DNA from: Bacteroidaceae bacterium
Lineage (GTDB): Bacteria > Bacteroidota > Bacteroidia > Bacteroidales > Bacteroidaceae
Length of the DNA: 64,000 nt
Direction of reading: 5' to 3'
Assembly: GCA_017935785.1 (NCBI GenBank)
Contig: JAGBGU010000047.1
Coordinates: 3,013 to 67,012, forward strand
Within the stretch, counting starts at the first letter, position 1, and each line of letters starts with the position of its first letter. The notes beneath the pieces are model-generated. The model made no database searches and was not told the origin of the DNA. It saw nothing but the letters and a program-made list of their open reading frames with translations. Positions 39,329 through 50,033 of the stretch are shown here, in pieces. Made by a program: the position numbers and the translations under genes.

Positions 39329-41313
39329 GCTTCTTCCGATTCTATGTTCTTTTCATTATCGTTTATCATTTCCGCAGCCCCCTGGTTCTCCTCCGTTGCA
39401 AGCAGTTCCTCTGTACGGCTGGTCCAGGGACGAGGGCCGAAAATTTCCTCAACATCCTCTGCAAAGACCACCTCGCGCTCTACCAGACGCTCAGCCAGCT
39501 GGGCGTGCTGTTCGCGGTGTTCGTTCAGGATACGGCAGGCACGGTCGTACTGTTCCGCTATCATTTTCTTCACATCCTCGTCTATGAGCTGTGCGGTAGT
39601 CTCGGAATAAGGACGGTGGAAGGCATACTCGTCCGTGTTGTAATAGCAGAGATTCTGCAAGCCCTCACCCATTCCCATATAGGCAATCATGCCATACGCC
39701 TGCTTGGTCACACGCTCCAGGTCGTTCATGGCACCGCTGCTGATATGTCCGGTACAAATCTGTTCGGCAGCCCTTCCGGCCAATGTGGCGCACATCTCAT
39801 CAAGCATCTGCTCGCGGGTGGTAATCTGCCGTTCCTCAGGCAGATACCATGCAGCTCCCAAGGCGCGTCCCCTGGGGACTATGGTAACCTTCACCAGCGG
39901 ATTGGCATATTGCAACAGCCAGCTGATGGCGGCATGGCCGGCTTCATGAAGGGCTATGGTTTTCTTCTCCTCTGCTGTCATAACCTTGGTCTTCTTCTCC
40001 AGACCTCCTATGATACGGTCCACCGCAGCCAGGAAATCCTCACGGCTCACATGCGTTTTATTGTGACGGGCCGCAATCAGTGCAGCCTCATTACATACAT
40101 TGGCTATGTCGGCACCGCTGAAGCCCGGTGTCTGTCGTGCCAAAAAATCTATATCAAGCGAACTGTCTGCCTTGATGGGACGCAGATGCACCTGGAAAAT
40201 TTCCTTACGCTCGTTCAAATCGGGCAGATCCACATATATCTGACGGTCGAAACGTCCCGCACGCAACAGCGCCTTGTCCAGCACATCCGCACGGTTGGTG
40301 GCAGCCAGAATAATCACTCCGCTGTTGGTGCCGAATCCGTCCATTTCGGTGAGCAACTGGTTCAGCGTACTCTCGCGCTCATCATTTCCGCCCATGGCAG
40401 AACCCTTTGAGCGGGCACGTCCCACGGCATCAATCTCGTCGATGAATATGATACAGGGACTCTTCTCCTTTGCCTGTCGGAAGAGGTCGCGCACACGACT
40501 GGCTCCCACGCCCACAAACATTTCCACAAAGTCGGAACCGGACATGGAGAAGAAGGGTACGTCCGCTTCGCCGGCAACAGCCTTGGCCAGAAGGGTCTTA
40601 CCCGTTCCCGGAGGGCCCACCAGCAATGCGCCTTTGGGTATCTTACCTCCCAGTTCCGTAAACTTCTTGGGATTCTTCAGAAACTCTACTATCTCCTGCA
40701 CTTCCTGCTTGGCACCGGCCTGACCCGCTACATCGGCAAACGTCACACGCCCCACCTGATCCTTCTCTACCAGTCTGGCGCGACTCTTCCCCACGTTAAA
40801 TATACCCATGGGACCGCCGCCGGAGCCTCCGCCGCCCATTCGGCGCATTACCAGCATCCACATTACCAGGATAAAAATCAGAGGTCCGAAGCTCCATAAG
40901 AAATTGCCGAACATGCTGCTGTTCTTCTTATAGGTGATGTCGCCGTTGAAGTTGCCCAAATCCTGCTGGTCGGCCAGAAACTCGTCCAGCTTGTCGTTGG
41001 AAGGATACTGGGTTTCCACATAAGGAACCTTTCCCTTTTCCACGGGCACGTTCTTGAACACATCGCGTATGTGTTCCGCATTTACGTACATTTGCAGCTC
41101 TCCATCGTCCTTGTTGGCTATGATACGCTGCGCATATCCGCTTTCCACATACGTCTTGAACTCGCCGTATGCCACAAGTTTGCTGCTTCCGCCCATTACA
41201 ACGGTAGCATTGTCACTGGTGAGCACCAGATAGCCCAATACGGCCGCAATAATCACATAAATCCATGTCAGATTTATCTTGGGCCCGTTATTCTTCTTGT
41301 TATTTTCTTCCAT
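39325..41313 (-). CDS. ftsH: ATP-dependent zinc metalloprotease FtsH
   Basis: 662 aa with an N-terminal TM, Walker [19 protein letters not shown], Walker [10 protein letters not shown] and the zinc motif HEAGHA. Confidence 0.95.
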   Translation of the reverse strand: MEENNKKNNGPKINLTWIYVIIAAVLGYLVLTSDNATVVMGGSSKLVAYGEFKTYVESGYAQRIIANKDDGELQMYVNAEHIRDVFKNVPVEKGKVPYVETQYPSNDKLDEFLADQQDLGNFNGDITYKKNSSMFGNFLWSFGPLIFILVMWMLVMRRMGGGGSGGGPMGIFNVGKSRARLVEKDQVGRVTFADVAGQAGAKQEVQEIVEFLKNPKKFTELGGKIPKGALLVGPPGTGKTLLAKAVAGEADVPFFSMSGSDFVEMFVGVGASRVRDLFRQAKEKSPCIIFIDEIDAVGRARSKGSAMGGNDERESTLNQLLTEMDGFGTNSGVIILAATNRADVLDKALLRAGRFDRQIYVDLPDLNERKEIFQVHLRPIKADSSLDIDFLARQTPGFSGADIANVCNEAALIAARHNKTHVSREDFLAAVDRIIGGLEKKTKVMTAEEKKTIALHEAGHAAISWLLQYANPLVKVTIVPRGRALGAAWYLPEERQITTREQMLDEMCATLAGRAAEQICTGHISSGAMNDLERVTKQAYGMIAYMGMGEGLQNLCYYNTDEYAFHRPYSETTAQLIDEDVKKMIAEQYDRACRILNEHREQHAQLAERLVEREVVFAEDVEEIFGPRPWTSRTEELLATEENQGAAEMINDNEKNIESEEA

Positions 41314-41349
41314 GTATTCTTCTGTCTGATTTTCAATTCTTAACAGGTA

Positions 41350-41715
41350 TCAGTCCAAATCGGGTACAGCAACCAGTTCCGCATCGGCCCACAGATGTTC
41401 TATGTCGTAGAAATCGCGTTCCTCCTGCAGGAATATATGCACCATTACATCAGCATAGTCAATGGCCACCCAATGGGCATAATGCATGCCGTCCACCGCC
41501 AAGGGATGAACATGAAGTTTCGTGCGCACCTTGTCATCCACGCTCGATGCCAAGGCATGGAGTTGTGCGGGAGAGCCTCCTGTACATATTATCATGTGCT
41601 TGCAAATGGTGTCGGGGATAACGCTCAGGTCCACATCCACTATGTTGTGCCCTTTCTTGTCCTGAAGAGCGTCTATAATTGTCTGCACCAATATTTTTGT
41701 GTTGTCTGACTGCAT
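41350..41715 (-). CDS. rsfS: ribosome silencing factor RsfS
   Basis: 121 aa, RsfS/iojap-like (DVDLSVIPDTICKHMIICTGGSPAQLHALASSV; DYADVMVHIFLQEERDFYDIEHLW). It is followed on its strand by ftsH. Confidence 0.85.
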   Translation of the reverse strand: MQSDNTKILVQTIIDALQDKKGHNIVDVDLSVIPDTICKHMIICTGGSPAQLHALASSVDDKVRTKLHVHPLAVDGMHYAHWVAIDYADVMVHIFLQEERDFYDIEHLWADAELVAVPDLD

Positions 41716-41837
41716 TTTTTCCGTCTATAATATTATATAAGGTGTAAAAAGTCGCACAAAGGTAGTGATTGTTACGTTAAAAAACAAATAATTTAAATTT
41801 TTTTGACATAATCGTTTGCAACATCAAAAAAAGTATG

Positions 41838-41845
41838 TAAATTTG
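41838..41845 (+). promoter_or_regulatory. Bacteroidetes -7 promoter box (TAAATTTG) upstream of the tRNA pair
   Basis: Matches TAnnTTTG and lies 30 nt upstream of the first tRNA. Confidence 0.45.
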
Positions 41846-41874
41846 CACCGCGTTTGAGGAAAACAACAGCAAAT

Positions 41875-41945
41875 TGGGCTATGGTGTAATGGTAACACTG
41901 CAGATTCTGGTCCTGCCTTTCCTGGTTCGAGTCCGGGTAGCCCAA
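41875..41945 (+). tRNA. tRNA-Gln (anticodon CTG)
   Basis: Folded by hand into a 71-nt cloverleaf. Acceptor TGGGCTA/TAGCCCA has the U1-A72 pair typical of bacterial tRNA-Gln. D stem is GTGT/ACAC, anticodon stem GCAGA/CCTGC, loop TT-CTG-GT, and T arm CCTGG-TTCGAGT-CCGGG. Confidence 0.8.
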
Positions 41946-42002
41946 CCTCTTAAAGCGCAGGCAAGCGTTGGGCTGGAGCCCCCTTGCAGAGACACAAACG
42001 AT

Positions 42003-42073
42003 TGGGCTATGGTGTAATGGTAACACTGCAGATTCTGGTCCTGCCTTTCCTGGTTCGAGTCCGGGTAGCCCAA
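42003..42073 (+). tRNA. tRNA-Gln (anticodon CTG), identical second copy
   Basis: Identical 71-nt sequence, 57 nt downstream of the first copy. Confidence 0.8.
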
Positions 42074-42077
42074 CAAA

Positions 42078-42116
42078 AAAGAGAACCCTTCCAAGTGATG
42101 CGGTTCTCTTTTTTGT
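42078..42116 (+). terminator. bidirectional rho-independent terminator (tRNA pair / lipoprotein gene)
   Basis: aaaaAAGAGAACC-N14-GGTTCTCTTtttt has an A-run before and a T-run after the hairpin. It sits between the convergent tRNAs and the gene at 42120..43157. Confidence 0.6.
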
Positions 42117-42119
42117 TAT

Positions 42120-43157
42120 TCATTCCGGAATGTCCCGCCGGTTCTCTTCCTCGTATTCAAATGTACGTTCCACTTCCTGAATCTCTTCGGCGGTTTTGCG
42201 CACAAAGGGGTGATCTTCCGGATAAGGCCAGCCAGACTTGTCCTTGAGCACCAGCAGAGTATCAGGACCCAGCACACTGGTATATCTGATGGAATCCTGA
42301 AAATAGCTGTAATCATACTGGCGCCACAGGCTGTATCCGTCCTGTAAAGCCTCTGTAACGGAATGCACATCCAGCGCCAACGGGCCGCTGAAGTAGTCCG
42401 TCCCTCTTGAGTCAAGCAGGAAAGTAAGCGTATCACCGGCCATGCCTATGTCCTGCATCCGCCATACTGAAAAGCCAGGATAAAAGCCCTCTCGGGCACT
42501 GTAAAACTCATCGCTTGTACCCCAAAAGAAGCCGTCCACTACCACGCTGTCCCTGAATCTGAGTTCTATTACGTTGTCTTCGTCGTGCAGATTGCTTGCA
42601 TCATATTCCCACAAATAATATGCAATGGAGTCTGCGGCATATCCCCTTGCCATGCGGGCAATGGAAAACGGTTCGTCCCGATGCGGATGAATGATGTCAT
42701 CGACATACCAGTCGAGGTTGCCCCGCAAACTTTCGCGTACTGTCCTTATCTGCACCGAATGGAGGTCGTCACCGAATGCCCGGAACCGCACCGTTACCAT
42801 GGCCGTATCCTCATTCTGGCAGTCCAGACTGACCATTTCTACCGCCAGGCTGTCAAAATCCTGCAAGTCTGTCCAGATGTTCGCGCTGTACACCAGCTCG
42901 TTGTCGGGAAGCTGGCTCCAGAGCCCCCTCAGACGGGCAGAAAACACAAAGCGGACACTATAGGAAAAGTCGCCGCGGTTATAGTGTGAGAAGATATCCT
43001 CGTACAATGTCCGGATACGCGACACCACGTCCGTTCCGCTGTCCGAAGTCATAACCGCCGCCGGTGCAGCCACGGTCTTCACCTCGGTCTTCTCCCGCTT
43101 GCATCCCATGCAGGCAAGTACCGCAAGCAAGCAGATTATTCTGACGTTCTTCATCAC
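42120..43157 (-). CDS. hypothetical lipoprotein
   Basis: 345 aa with the lipoprotein signal MMKNVRIICLLAVLACMGC. I recognise no catalytic motif. Confidence 0.5.
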   Translation of the reverse strand: MMKNVRIICLLAVLACMGCKREKTEVKTVAAPAAVMTSDSGTDVVSRIRTLYEDIFSHYNRGDFSYSVRFVFSARLRGLWSQLPDNELVYSANIWTDLQDFDSLAVEMVSLDCQNEDTAMVTVRFRAFGDDLHSVQIRTVRESLRGNLDWYVDDIIHPHRDEPFSIARMARGYAADSIAYYLWEYDASNLHDEDNVIELRFRDSVVVDGFFWGTSDEFYSAREGFYPGFSVWRMQDIGMAGDTLTFLLDSRGTDYFSGPLALDVHSVTEALQDGYSLWRQYDYSYFQDSIRYTSVLGPDTLLVLKDKSGWPYPEDHPFVRKTAEEIQEVERTFEYEEENRRDIPE

Positions 43158-43354
43158 TTTTTTCGCTCTTCAATGTCTTTCAGCGGACAAAGATAGCCTA
43201 TAATTGTATACCCCACAAATGAAAAAGCAAAATTTAGTACGTTTTAACATTACCGCACCCCTCTTTTTATTTTCCTCGGGAGGGAAAAAGAACGCCGTCC
43301 CGAGGGAAATGAAAATACCCCTTCTTTCCGCTTGTCACTTTAGCCATATTTTAT

Positions 43355-43362
43355 TACCTTTG
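43355..43362 (+). promoter_or_regulatory. Bacteroidetes -7 promoter box (TACCTTTG) upstream of truA
   Basis: Matches TAnnTTTG and lies 55 nt upstream of the ATG at 43417. Confidence 0.45.
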
Positions 43363-43416
43363 CAGTACTATTTCAAATTTATAACTGCCCCCCAATAAGG
43401 AAAGGCTAAAGTTGCA

Positions 43417-44142
43417 ATGAGATACTTCATATATTTTGCGTATGACGGAACACGCTACCACGGATGGCAGATTCAGCCCAACGGCATCAGCGTACAGGAG
43501 ATGCTGCAAAACGGACTGTCCACGCTTCTGCGCCACAACGTGGAAGTGGTGGGAGCCGGGCGCACTGATGCCGGAGTACACGCCAGGATGATGGTGGCAC
43601 ACTTCGACGCCGAAGACGTGGACTGTCCCCAGCTGGCATATAAGCTGAACAAGATTCTTCCGCCGGACATTTCCGTATTCAGAGTAGAGCCGGTGGCAGA
43701 CAGCCTCCATGCCCGCTTCAGCGCCACAAGCCGCACATACCATTATTATATCCACACACACAAGTCGCCCTTCCTGAACGCCTACAGTTGGCAGGTATAC
43801 GGACAACTCGATTTCCGGCGCATGAACGAGGCCGCGCAGACTCTGATGGAATACCGCGACTTTACCAGTTTCAGCAAGGTCAATACAGACACCAAAACAA
43901 ACGACTGCACCATCACCCAGGCTTTTTGGGAAGAGACGGAGCCAGGGGTGTGGCGGTTCACCGTCACGGCAAACCGCTTCCTGCGCAACATGGTGCGTGC
44001 CATTGTGGGTACGCTCATAGAAGTGGGAAGGGGCAGACTTACCGTGGAAGAATTTCGGAGAGTGATTGAACAGAAAGACCGGTGCAAGGCCGGAGAGAGC
44101 GTACCGGGAAAGGCTTTGTTCCTGGTGGATGTAACATATTAG
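43417..44142 (+). CDS. truA: tRNA pseudouridine(38-40) synthase TruA
   Basis: 241 aa with [23 protein letters not shown] and the catalytic [11 protein letters not shown] motif. Confidence 0.95.
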   Translation: MRYFIYFAYDGTRYHGWQIQPNGISVQEMLQNGLSTLLRHNVEVVGAGRTDAGVHARMMVAHFDAEDVDCPQLAYKLNKILPPDISVFRVEPVADSLHARFSATSRTYHYYIHTHKSPFLNAYSWQVYGQLDFRRMNEAAQTLMEYRDFTSFSKVNTDTKTNDCTITQAFWEETEPGVWRFTVTANRFLRNMVRAIVGTLIEVGRGRLTVEEFRRVIEQKDRCKAGESVPGKALFLVDVTY

Positions 44143-44152
44143 AAGACAGACT

Positions 44153-45070
44153 ATGTGGTTGGCATTCGCTTTTCTCAGTGCAGCCTTGTTAGGTTGCTAT
44201 GATGTTTTCAAGAAACGTTCCCTGAACGGCAACGCCGTCATCCCCGTGCTGTTCCTCAACACGTTGTTCTGCAGCCTCATCTTCCTGCCTTTCGTCTTCC
44301 TGTCCGCCACTGGAGCCATCCCTACAGACCATCTGCTCCATTCCGATTTCGGAGGATGGGAGGTACAGAAGTTCATTGTACTGAAGAGCTGTATCGTACT
44401 GGGCAGCTGGCTTTGCGGATACTTCGGCATGAAACATCTTCCCCTCACACTGGTAGGCCCCATCAACGCCACACGCCCCATCATGGTTCTGTTGGGCGCC
44501 ATGCTTGTTTTTGGCGAGCAGCTCAACCTGTACCAGTGGATCGGAGTTACGCTTGCCGTCGTCAGTTTCTTCCTGCTGAGCAGAAGCGGGAAGAAGGAGG
44601 GCATCGACTTCAAACACAACCGTTGGGTGGCCATGATTGTGGCGGCAGCCATTCTGGGCGCCATCAGCGGGCTTTATGACAAATATCTGATGGCTCCGCC
44701 AGAAAACGGTGGTGTGGGACTGCAGCCCATGACCGTGCAGAGCTACTATAACTTCTACCAGTTGCTGATGATGAGCGCCATGGTGCTGTGCCTTTGGTAT
44801 CCTACCCGCCACCGCACTACCCCATTCCGTTGGAAAGGCTCCATTGTCTGGATCAGCGTATTCCTCAGCATGGCAGACTTTGCTTATTTCTACGCCCTCA
44901 GCATGGACGGAGCCATGGTAAGCATCGTAAGCATGGTACGCCGTGGCAGCGTGGTGGTCAGCTTCCTGCTGGGCGCCTATCTCTTCCGTGAAAAGAACCT
45001 CAAGAGCAAGGCTATCGACCTGCTGCTTGTATTGCTAGGACTGATTTTCCTCTATTTGGGTAGTAAATAA
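44153..45070 (+). CDS. EamA/DMT-family transporter
   Basis: 305 aa with ~10 TM helices in two EamA-like halves. Confidence 0.7.
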   Translation: MWLAFAFLSAALLGCYDVFKKRSLNGNAVIPVLFLNTLFCSLIFLPFVFLSATGAIPTDHLLHSDFGGWEVQKFIVLKSCIVLGSWLCGYFGMKHLPLTLVGPINATRPIMVLLGAMLVFGEQLNLYQWIGVTLAVVSFFLLSRSGKKEGIDFKHNRWVAMIVAAAILGAISGLYDKYLMAPPENGGVGLQPMTVQSYYNFYQLLMMSAMVLCLWYPTRHRTTPFRWKGSIVWISVFLSMADFAYFYALSMDGAMVSIVSMVRRGSVVVSFLLGAYLFREKNLKSKAIDLLLVLLGLIFLYLGSK

Positions 45071-45084
45071 ACACACACAAAACA

Positions 45085-45696
45085 ATGAGAACATTTATCC
45101 TCATCATGTTGGCAATGAGCGGGCTTTCCGCCTTCTCGCGAACAAAGGCCAAGGACGTCTTCGCCGCCGCGCCCGACAGCATTTTCCCCTTGCTGACCAC
45201 CAACAATCGGCTGGACTGCATAGACCTCATCGAAAACAACATGAAAGCTACGGTGAAGAACAAGCTGGAGCAAAAGGCGGAAATGACCGCGCTCACCGAT
45301 TCTTACCTCCAAATTAAGCCCAGCGAAAGAAGCGTGGTGGAAATCAAGATGCTGAACGATTCTGTGTTCTGTCTAATCAACACTTGCCTGGGCCCTGCGC
45401 CTGACAGCCGGATCTTATTCTTCACCCGCGGCTGGAAACCTTACGAAACAACATTTCCAATGCCCCATGCCACCGACTTCTGGGCATCCGTACCAGACAG
45501 CCTCGCAAGAGATGCAAGCTTTGCACAACGTTCCCAGGAAGACATCCTGCTGATCCAAATTTCCGCAGACAAGGAAAGCACAGAACTGACGCTAACCATA
45601 CAGACATCTGAGCTCTCGGGTAAAGAAAAAGAAATAGCACAGAAATATGTCAAACCCCTACGCTACAAGTGGAACGGGAAAGATTTCACACGCTAA
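45085..45696 (+). CDS. secreted hypothetical protein (DUF3256-like)
   Basis: 203 aa with a signal peptide. The family assignment is from memory of Bacteroides annotations only. Confidence 0.4.
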   Translation: MRTFILIMLAMSGLSAFSRTKAKDVFAAAPDSIFPLLTTNNRLDCIDLIENNMKATVKNKLEQKAEMTALTDSYLQIKPSERSVVEIKMLNDSVFCLINTCLGPAPDSRILFFTRGWKPYETTFPMPHATDFWASVPDSLARDASFAQRSQEDILLIQISADKESTELTLTIQTSELSGKEKEIAQKYVKPLRYKWNGKDFTR

Positions 45697-45769
45697 ATTC
45701 CTTTAGGATACAGAAAATGCGCGGTCTCCCCCGCGCATTTTCTGTATAAGGACCTCTTACAAAGAAAAC

Positions 45770-47944
45770 CTACTTGACAGGCGTTGCACCCATTGTGAAT
45801 TCTAGCGTTCCGCCAGCCTTTATCTGATCGTATGTGATGCTTGTTCCGGCATGAGGCTTTCCATTGAGCTTAACATCCTGTATATAAATATTTTCCATGG
45901 AGTTGTTGTGGGCAATCACAGTAAAATTCTTTCCGCCGCCCACATTCAATGTAGCCTTATGCACGATGGGTGAACCGAACTGGAATTCTCCTGCCGCCGG
46001 GTCTACCTGATACAAGCCTATTGCAGAAAGGACATACCAGGCAGACATCTGACCGGCATCTTCGTTTCCACACACACCGCTATGGTCGTCAAAGTAAAGT
46101 TCAGTAAGAATCTGGCGCACCCTTTCCGCACATTTCTCCTGATGGCCTACATAATTATAAAGGTAGGCAATGTGGTGGCTGGGCTCGTTACCGTGAGCGT
46201 ACTGGCCGATAAGGCCAGTTACATCAACACCGAAGTTGCTTCTGTCACCCTCTTCCACAAAAAAGGTATCAAGCTTTGCGGTAAAGTGTTCGGGACCGCC
46301 CAGAGTGTCCACCAGTGTTTGCACATCATGGGGCACAAGCCAGGTATATTGCCAGGCGTTACCCTCGCTGAAGTCCGCATAATGTCTGGCCAAATAAGGG
46401 TCGAAAGGCTCGCGCCATGTACCGTCAGCCGCCCTGGCACGGACAAGGCGCACCGAGGGGTCATAATATTTCTCCCAAGACTTGCTGCGATTGCCAAAGT
46501 ATTCAGCAGCCTCGGCATCGCCCTGCATCTTGGCCACTTTTGCCAGCGAGGCATCGGCAATGGCGTGTTCCATACATCTTGACACCACTTCGGGTTCGTC
46601 ACTCTTGTCATAGGGGATGAAGCCGTATTCCTTAATGTAGCCCACACCACGGTCTTCGCGCATGGAAGACTTCTTCATCGCCTCCAGTGCTGCAGGCACA
46701 TCCTTCACATAGCCCTTCAGGCAAAGGTCGGCCAGACAGATCACCGCAGGATTGCCAGGCATACAGTTGGTTTCCCAACCCTGCAAGTGCCAGACGGGGA
46801 GCGTGCCTTGCTGTTCATAGATATTCATGAAGGTAGACACCAGCGATGTGGACATCTCTTCATTGATTAGGGTGAAGAGAGGATATGCCGCTCTGTAAGT
46901 ATCCCAAAGAGAAAGCATGGTATATTGCTTCTCCTCGGCTTGGTGATTCTTGCCGTCGGCACCACGATACTCGCCGTTCACATCACTGAAGAGCGAGGGT
47001 GCAATCATCGAGTGATACATGGCGGTGTAGAAGATACGCTGCTGCTTCTCGTCCATAGGTTCAATGTCAATGCGGCCAAGTTCTTCGTTCCACTTATTCT
47101 TGGTCTCCGCATATACACGGTCAAAGTCCCAACCGAGAAGTTCAGCGGCAAGGTTTTCGGCGGCATTCTCACAACTTACGGCAGAGATGCCCACCTTTAC
47201 AAGAACCTTCTTTTCCTTAGACGTGTCGAATTTTAATGCTGTGGCATATTCATCATGCACGATATGCATTTCTTCCTGACCGATAATAGGTTCAGAGAAT
47301 TCTGCCACAAAATACACAATATGGTTTGCCCAACCCTCTGAATGTCTGAAACCCTTTACATGTGTGGGGTCTACCACCTCAAGGCTCCAGTCGGTGGTTC
47401 TGTCACCGCAAACTCCAGTACAGGGGTCTATCAGGATGGCCGATTGTTCATCGGTAAAAGTATATTCATGCAAGCCAGTCCGGTCTGTAGTTGTCAGACG
47501 TACATTCACGCCATAGTCGGGCAATTCCACGGTATAGAGACCAGGTTTCACACTCTCCAGATTATGGTCAAGTCTTGCGAACAAATGCTTGCAATCTGCT
47601 TCCCTAGAATCCAGATAACGGTTGTCAATCTTCTCCTTTCCGGGGGCAAAAGGCATAAAAAGGATGTCTCCAAGATCGCCACAGCCCGTACCGGTGAGGC
47701 GGGTATGGGAGAATCCGAAAACCAGCGAATCACTGTAATGATAACCCGAGCACCAATCCCAGTCCTCTACAATCTGATGGGGACCGAGCTGCACCATGCC
47801 GAATGGAGTGCTGGCACCAACAAAGACATGTCCATGACCACCCGAGCCAATGTAGGGGTCGACAAAGGCAGTGTAATCCTTCTTGTCGCCGCATGAAGCG
47901 AGAAGCATTACCGCACACATTACACTAAATAAGATTTTATTCAT
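45770..47944 (-). CDS. glycoside hydrolase family 92 (alpha-mannosidase)
   Basis: 724 aa with a lipoprotein signal (LLASCG) and GH92 motifs FVDPYIGSGGHGHVFVGASTPFGMVQLGPHQ and HGNEPSHHIAYLYNY. Confidence 0.85.
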   Translation of the reverse strand: MNKILFSVMCAVMLLASCGDKKDYTAFVDPYIGSGGHGHVFVGASTPFGMVQLGPHQIVEDWDWCSGYHYSDSLVFGFSHTRLTGTGCGDLGDILFMPFAPGKEKIDNRYLDSREADCKHLFARLDHNLESVKPGLYTVELPDYGVNVRLTTTDRTGLHEYTFTDEQSAILIDPCTGVCGDRTTDWSLEVVDPTHVKGFRHSEGWANHIVYFVAEFSEPIIGQEEMHIVHDEYATALKFDTSKEKKVLVKVGISAVSCENAAENLAAELLGWDFDRVYAETKNKWNEELGRIDIEPMDEKQQRIFYTAMYHSMIAPSLFSDVNGEYRGADGKNHQAEEKQYTMLSLWDTYRAAYPLFTLINEEMSTSLVSTFMNIYEQQGTLPVWHLQGWETNCMPGNPAVICLADLCLKGYVKDVPAALEAMKKSSMREDRGVGYIKEYGFIPYDKSDEPEVVSRCMEHAIADASLAKVAKMQGDAEAAEYFGNRSKSWEKYYDPSVRLVRARAADGTWREPFDPYLARHYADFSEGNAWQYTWLVPHDVQTLVDTLGGPEHFTAKLDTFFVEEGDRSNFGVDVTGLIGQYAHGNEPSHHIAYLYNYVGHQEKCAERVRQILTELYFDDHSGVCGNEDAGQMSAWYVLSAIGLYQVDPAAGEFQFGSPIVHKATLNVGGGKNFTVIAHNNSMENIYIQDVKLNGKPHAGTSITYDQIKAGGTLEFTMGATPVK

Positions 47945-48040
47945 GACATTGTAAAATTAAACAATCCTTAAAAGAAAAACAGGTGCTAATACCAGAAGGT
48001 ATCCACACCTGTTTTTGTTTCTCGATATCCAAATGCCAGA

Positions 48041-48292
48041 TTACTTCTTGGCTTTGGCGTAGCGGCTCATGAACTTGTCCACACGACCTGCGGTGTCCAC
48101 CAACTTGCTCTTACCGGTATAAAAGGGGTGAGAGGTGTTAGAGATTTCCAACTTAACTACGGGATAAGTTTCGCCCTCAAACTCAACGGTATCGTTGGTC
48201 TTGCAAGTAGAGCGGCTCAGGAACATATCGCCGTTGCTCATGTCCTTGAACACAACGGGACGATAGTTTTCGGGATGAATGCCTTGTTTCAT
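48041..48292 (-). CDS. rpmE: 50S ribosomal protein L31, type B (no zinc-binding Cys pairs)
   Basis: 83 aa: [17 protein letters not shown]...[20 protein letters not shown]. Confidence 0.9.
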   Translation of the reverse strand: MKQGIHPENYRPVVFKDMSNGDMFLSRSTCKTNDTVEFEGETYPVVKLEISNTSHPFYTGKSKLVDTAGRVDKFMSRYAKAKK

Positions 48293-48589
48293 ATCTTTAA
48301 TATTTTTATTTGTTATCTTATTGATATATAGCTGGTAACTATATGTGTAATGGTCTGCTTTACGAGTTGAAATATATTTTCAGCATGCAAAGGTATAGGA
48401 TTTTGCCGAATCAGCCAAAGTTTTTCAGGATAATTTTCTGATTTTCCCCTTGTTTTGTATTTCGAAAACGCTACCGCCCATGCATCTGCAAGCCCGGAAA
48501 AAGGCACGGACAAGGCTGCAGCACGCCCGATTCTTGCAACGTATTCTAAAAAAAAGAGCAAAAGATGCCCGAATTCGTGCAGATTTATG

Positions 48590-48597
48590 TACCTTTG
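48590..48597 (+). promoter_or_regulatory. Bacteroidetes -7 promoter box (TACCTTTG) upstream of fba
   Basis: Matches TAnnTTTG and lies ~52 nt upstream of the ATG at 48650. Confidence 0.45.
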
Positions 48598-48649
48598 CAC
48601 ACAGAAAGTCATTTCATTATTAATATAATAACAAATTCTACAAACGATT

Positions 48650-49648
48650 ATGACAAGTTACAAGGAATTGGGTCTGGTGAACACCCGTGAAATGTTTGCC
48701 AAGGCAGTAGCCGGCGGTTATGCCATCCCCGCTTTCAACTTCAACAACATGGAGCAGATGCAGGCTATCATCTCTGCCGCTGTAGAGACCAACTCTCCCG
48801 TTATCCTGCAGGTATCTAAGGGTGCCCGTCAGTATGCCAATGCCACTCTGCTGCGCTACATGGCTCAGGGTGCTGTTGAATACGCAAAGGAACTGGGTTG
48901 CCAGAATCCTCAGATTGTACTGCACCTGGACCACGGTGACACCTTCGAAACCTGCAAGAGCTGTATCGACTCTGGTTTCTCTTCAGTGATGATCGACGGT
49001 TCTCACCTCCCCTACGAAGAGAACGTTGCCCTCACCAAGAAGGTTGTTGAATATGCTCATCAGTTCGATGTAACCGTTGAAGGCGAGCTGGGTGTATTGG
49101 CTGGCGTTGAGGATGAAGTTTCTTCAGACCACCACACCTATACCGACCCCGAAGAAGTAATCGACTTCGCTACCCGTACCGGATGCGATTCACTGGCCAT
49201 CTCTATCGGTACCAGCCACGGTGCTTACAAGTTCACTCCCGAGCAGTGCACCATCGATCCCGCTACCGGCCGCATGGTTCCTCCTCCATTGGCTTTCGAC
49301 GTTCTGAAGGCTGTTGAAGAGAAGCTCCCCGGATTCCCCATCGTACTGCACGGTTCTTCTTCAGTTCCCCAGGACGAGGTTGAGACCATCAACAAGTTCG
49401 GCGGTGCCCTGAAGGCTGCCATCGGTATCCCCGAAGAGTGGTTGCGCGAGGCTGCAAAGAGCGCTGTTTGCAAGATCAACATCGACTCTGACTCTCGTCT
49501 GGCCATGACCGCTGCTATCCGTCAGACCTTCGCCGAGAAGCCCGCTGAGTTCGACCCCCGCAAGTATCTGGGTCCCGCTCGCGACAACATGAAGAAGCTG
49601 TACACCCACAAGATTATCAACGTGCTCGGTTCTAACGACAAGTTATAA
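48650..49648 (+). CDS. fba: class II fructose-1,6-bisphosphate aldolase
   Basis: 332 aa with typical class II FBA segments (YAIPAFNFNNMEQMQAII, LHLDHG, HGSSSVP). Confidence 0.9.
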   Translation: MTSYKELGLVNTREMFAKAVAGGYAIPAFNFNNMEQMQAIISAAVETNSPVILQVSKGARQYANATLLRYMAQGAVEYAKELGCQNPQIVLHLDHGDTFETCKSCIDSGFSSVMIDGSHLPYEENVALTKKVVEYAHQFDVTVEGELGVLAGVEDEVSSDHHTYTDPEEVIDFATRTGCDSLAISIGTSHGAYKFTPEQCTIDPATGRMVPPPLAFDVLKAVEEKLPGFPIVLHGSSSVPQDEVETINKFGGALKAAIGIPEEWLREAAKSAVCKINIDSDSRLAMTAAIRQTFAEKPAEFDPRKYLGPARDNMKKLYTHKIINVLGSNDKL

Positions 49649-49684
49649 TCAATCCCTATTTTTGCCGGTTTCGGCATGAGGCCA

Positions 49685-49731
49685 ACCCTCGCAACAATCC
49701 TCACACGGATTTTGCGAGGGTTTTCTTTTTT
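49685..49731 (+). terminator. rho-independent terminator after fba; marks the core/island boundary
   Basis: AACCCTCGCAA-N16-TTGCGAGGGTT followed by ttcttttttg. Confidence 0.75.
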
Positions 49732-49750
49732 GTCAAGCCAAATAGGACTA

Positions 49751-49943
49751 AAGGGATGTCCTAAAAATTATGTCGTGTTGATTTACGTTCTATTTTCGTG
49801 TGTGCTTTTGTAAGTTGAAGAAGGAGCATAGCGGGCTATGTGACTGATGAGATTTGACAAAATGACACCATAAGAGACGAAAAGCGGCCGAAACCGAGAA
49901 CACCAGAATAGGTAAAAACTTAAATCCTGGATTTTTAGAACAT
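49751..49943. repeat. 193-bp repeat, copy 1 (direct repeat of 50981..51173), with ~9-bp terminal inverted repeats
   Basis: Near-identical blocks (ctaaaaattatgtcg..tcgtgtgtgcttttgtaagttgaagaa.gagcatagcgggctatgtgactgatgaga.ttgacaaaatgac..aaaagcggccgaaac.gagaaca.cagaat.g.taaaaacttaaatcc.g.atttttagaaca). Termini are CTAAAAAT / ATTTTTAG. Confidence 0.85.
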
Positions 49944-50015
49944 CTCTTATGCCTTTTAATGTTAAAAACACAAAAGAAAAGCACAACTATCAGTTGTATT
50001 ACAGAAATTATTTAC

Positions 50016-50023
50016 TAACTTTG
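50016..50023 (+). promoter_or_regulatory. Bacteroidetes -7 promoter box (TAACTTTG) upstream of the toxin-like gene
   Basis: Matches TAnnTTTG. It is only 11 nt before the ATG at 50034, so the real start may be ATG 50046 (MKFDRIL). Confidence 0.4.
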
Positions 50024-50033
50024 CAGCTGAAAC

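Noticed and set aside
41793-42094. Minus-strand ORFs 41793..42026 and 41879..42094, and plus-strand ORFs 41968..42247
   Set aside because: They overlap the two tRNA-Gln genes and their terminator. The repeated peptide GYPDSNQERQDQNLQCYHYTIAQ is simply the tRNA sequence translated.
49751-49943. The 193-bp unit as an invertible promoter (inverton)
   Set aside because: The terminal inverted repeats are only ~9 bp. I could not find a TAnnTTTG -7 box inside the unit on either strand, and no recombinase gene is nearby. This could still be tested with read-orientation analysis.
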